Part shown: positions 63,670-64,000 of the stretch, in pieces
Layout of the letters: each line of letters begins with the position of its first letter
Position numbering within the stretch: position 1 is the first letter of the stretch
IMG/VR virus record: IMGVR_UViG_3300017991_000048
Coordinates: 1 to 64,000 of that record
Length of the DNA: 64,000 bases
Reading direction: 5' to 3' (one strand)
The notes under the pieces: model-generated
Told to the model about the DNA's origin: nothing
What the model saw: only the letters and a program-made list of their open reading frames with translations
Databases searched by the model: none
Translations under genes and position numbers: made by a program

Positions 63670-63906
63670 ATGCCCAACCCAATACTTGTACTGTCGCCAG
63701 AACCCGATTGTGCCTTATGCGAGGGCCAAGGGGTTCTTACCGATTCAGATTCAAAACTTCGCACAGAAGACGGAACCGATCTTGAAGTTACATACGTCTG
63801 CGAGTGTGTAAGCAGTGTGGATCTTTGGGAGTTACTGACAGATCGTATCAAAGACGGAACCGCTACTCGGAATCTTTTTGACCACCTGATACACGGAGAT
63901 GGCTAA
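63670..63906 (+). CDS. Zn-finger protein with LFDHL tag variant
   Basis: CALCEGQG...CEC; DLWELL and NLFDHL. Confidence 0.75.
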   Translation: MPNPILVLSPEPDCALCEGQGVLTDSDSKLRTEDGTDLEVTYVCECVSSVDLWELLTDRIKDGTATRNLFDHLIHGDG

Positions 63907-63907
63907 C

Positions 63908-64000
63908 ATGGAAAAAGTTAGACCCCTCGCAGAGATGTCCAGCCTTGAAGAGCAAATCTGGGCAGCAGCGTACATACAACAATTGACCAATCCGCCAATC
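63908..64000 (+). CDS. Partial gene running off the window
   Basis: RBS GGAG, MEKVRPLAEMSSLEEQIWAAAY... Confidence 0.55.
   Translation, partial: MEKVRPLAEMSSLEEQIWAAAYIQQLTNPPI

Noticed and set aside
27900-63670. LWDHL as a DNA-level repeat or Shine-Dalgarno by-product (TGGGA)
   Set aside because: All six Leu codons and both Asp and His codons are used, distance to the next start is variable, and tags also occur on genes with no downstream partner or converging neighbours (27951, 37185, 48246, 61812).
1873-63906. Tag equals the eukaryotic LIR/AIM (WxxL) motif
   Set aside because: The pattern fits [WF]xx[LIV], but RBSs and sigma70-type promoters indicate a bacterial host and no Atg8-like partner is visible. 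Noted as resemblance only.
1-64000. Alternative genetic code, integrase, transposase or DGR
   Set aside because: Long genes read through in code 11 with all three stops used. No recombinase, transposase or reverse transcriptase motifs and no template/variable repeat pair were seen.

Overview
Segment of a large (jumbo-type) tailed bacteriophage genome. It holds roughly 120 tightly packed, mostly short genes, reads in the standard code and uses bacterial RBSs. No capsid, terminase, polymerase, integrase, rRNA or canonical tRNA/CRISPR is visible. 0.05-13.3 kb is mostly a minus-strand fibre/collagen-like structural cluster that encloses a four-gene glycan-modification block. 13.4-47.5 kb is a patchwork of small accessory genes (two GHKL-ATPase/HExxH fusions, Fic plus two RHH proteins, metallophosphoesterase, ligase-like adenylation domain, J-domain, SWIM, P-loop kinase, Myb-like and multi-HTH regulators). 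48.6-64 kb is a plus-strand array of small paralogs. Standout observations: (1) a stand-alone RAMP/Cas7-like gene plus one partner gene, followed by a ~420-nt G-G-Y-N-N pentamer array cut into units by a 7-nt spacer, a candidate non-CRISPR RNA-guided system; (2) a C-terminal peptide tag L-W-D-H-L on about 37 otherwise diverse proteins, conserved at protein rather than DNA level; (3) a 13-member paralog family with shuffled N-terminal modules; (4) a promoter-driven ORF-less structured RNA; (5) a phage promoter TAGAGT-N17-TAATA (15 copies) and a palindromic operator TTGAT-N3-ATCAA (at least 15 copies). Several 1-2 nt frameshifts suggest uncorrected indel errors. All family assignments come from motifs read by eye, not from database searches.
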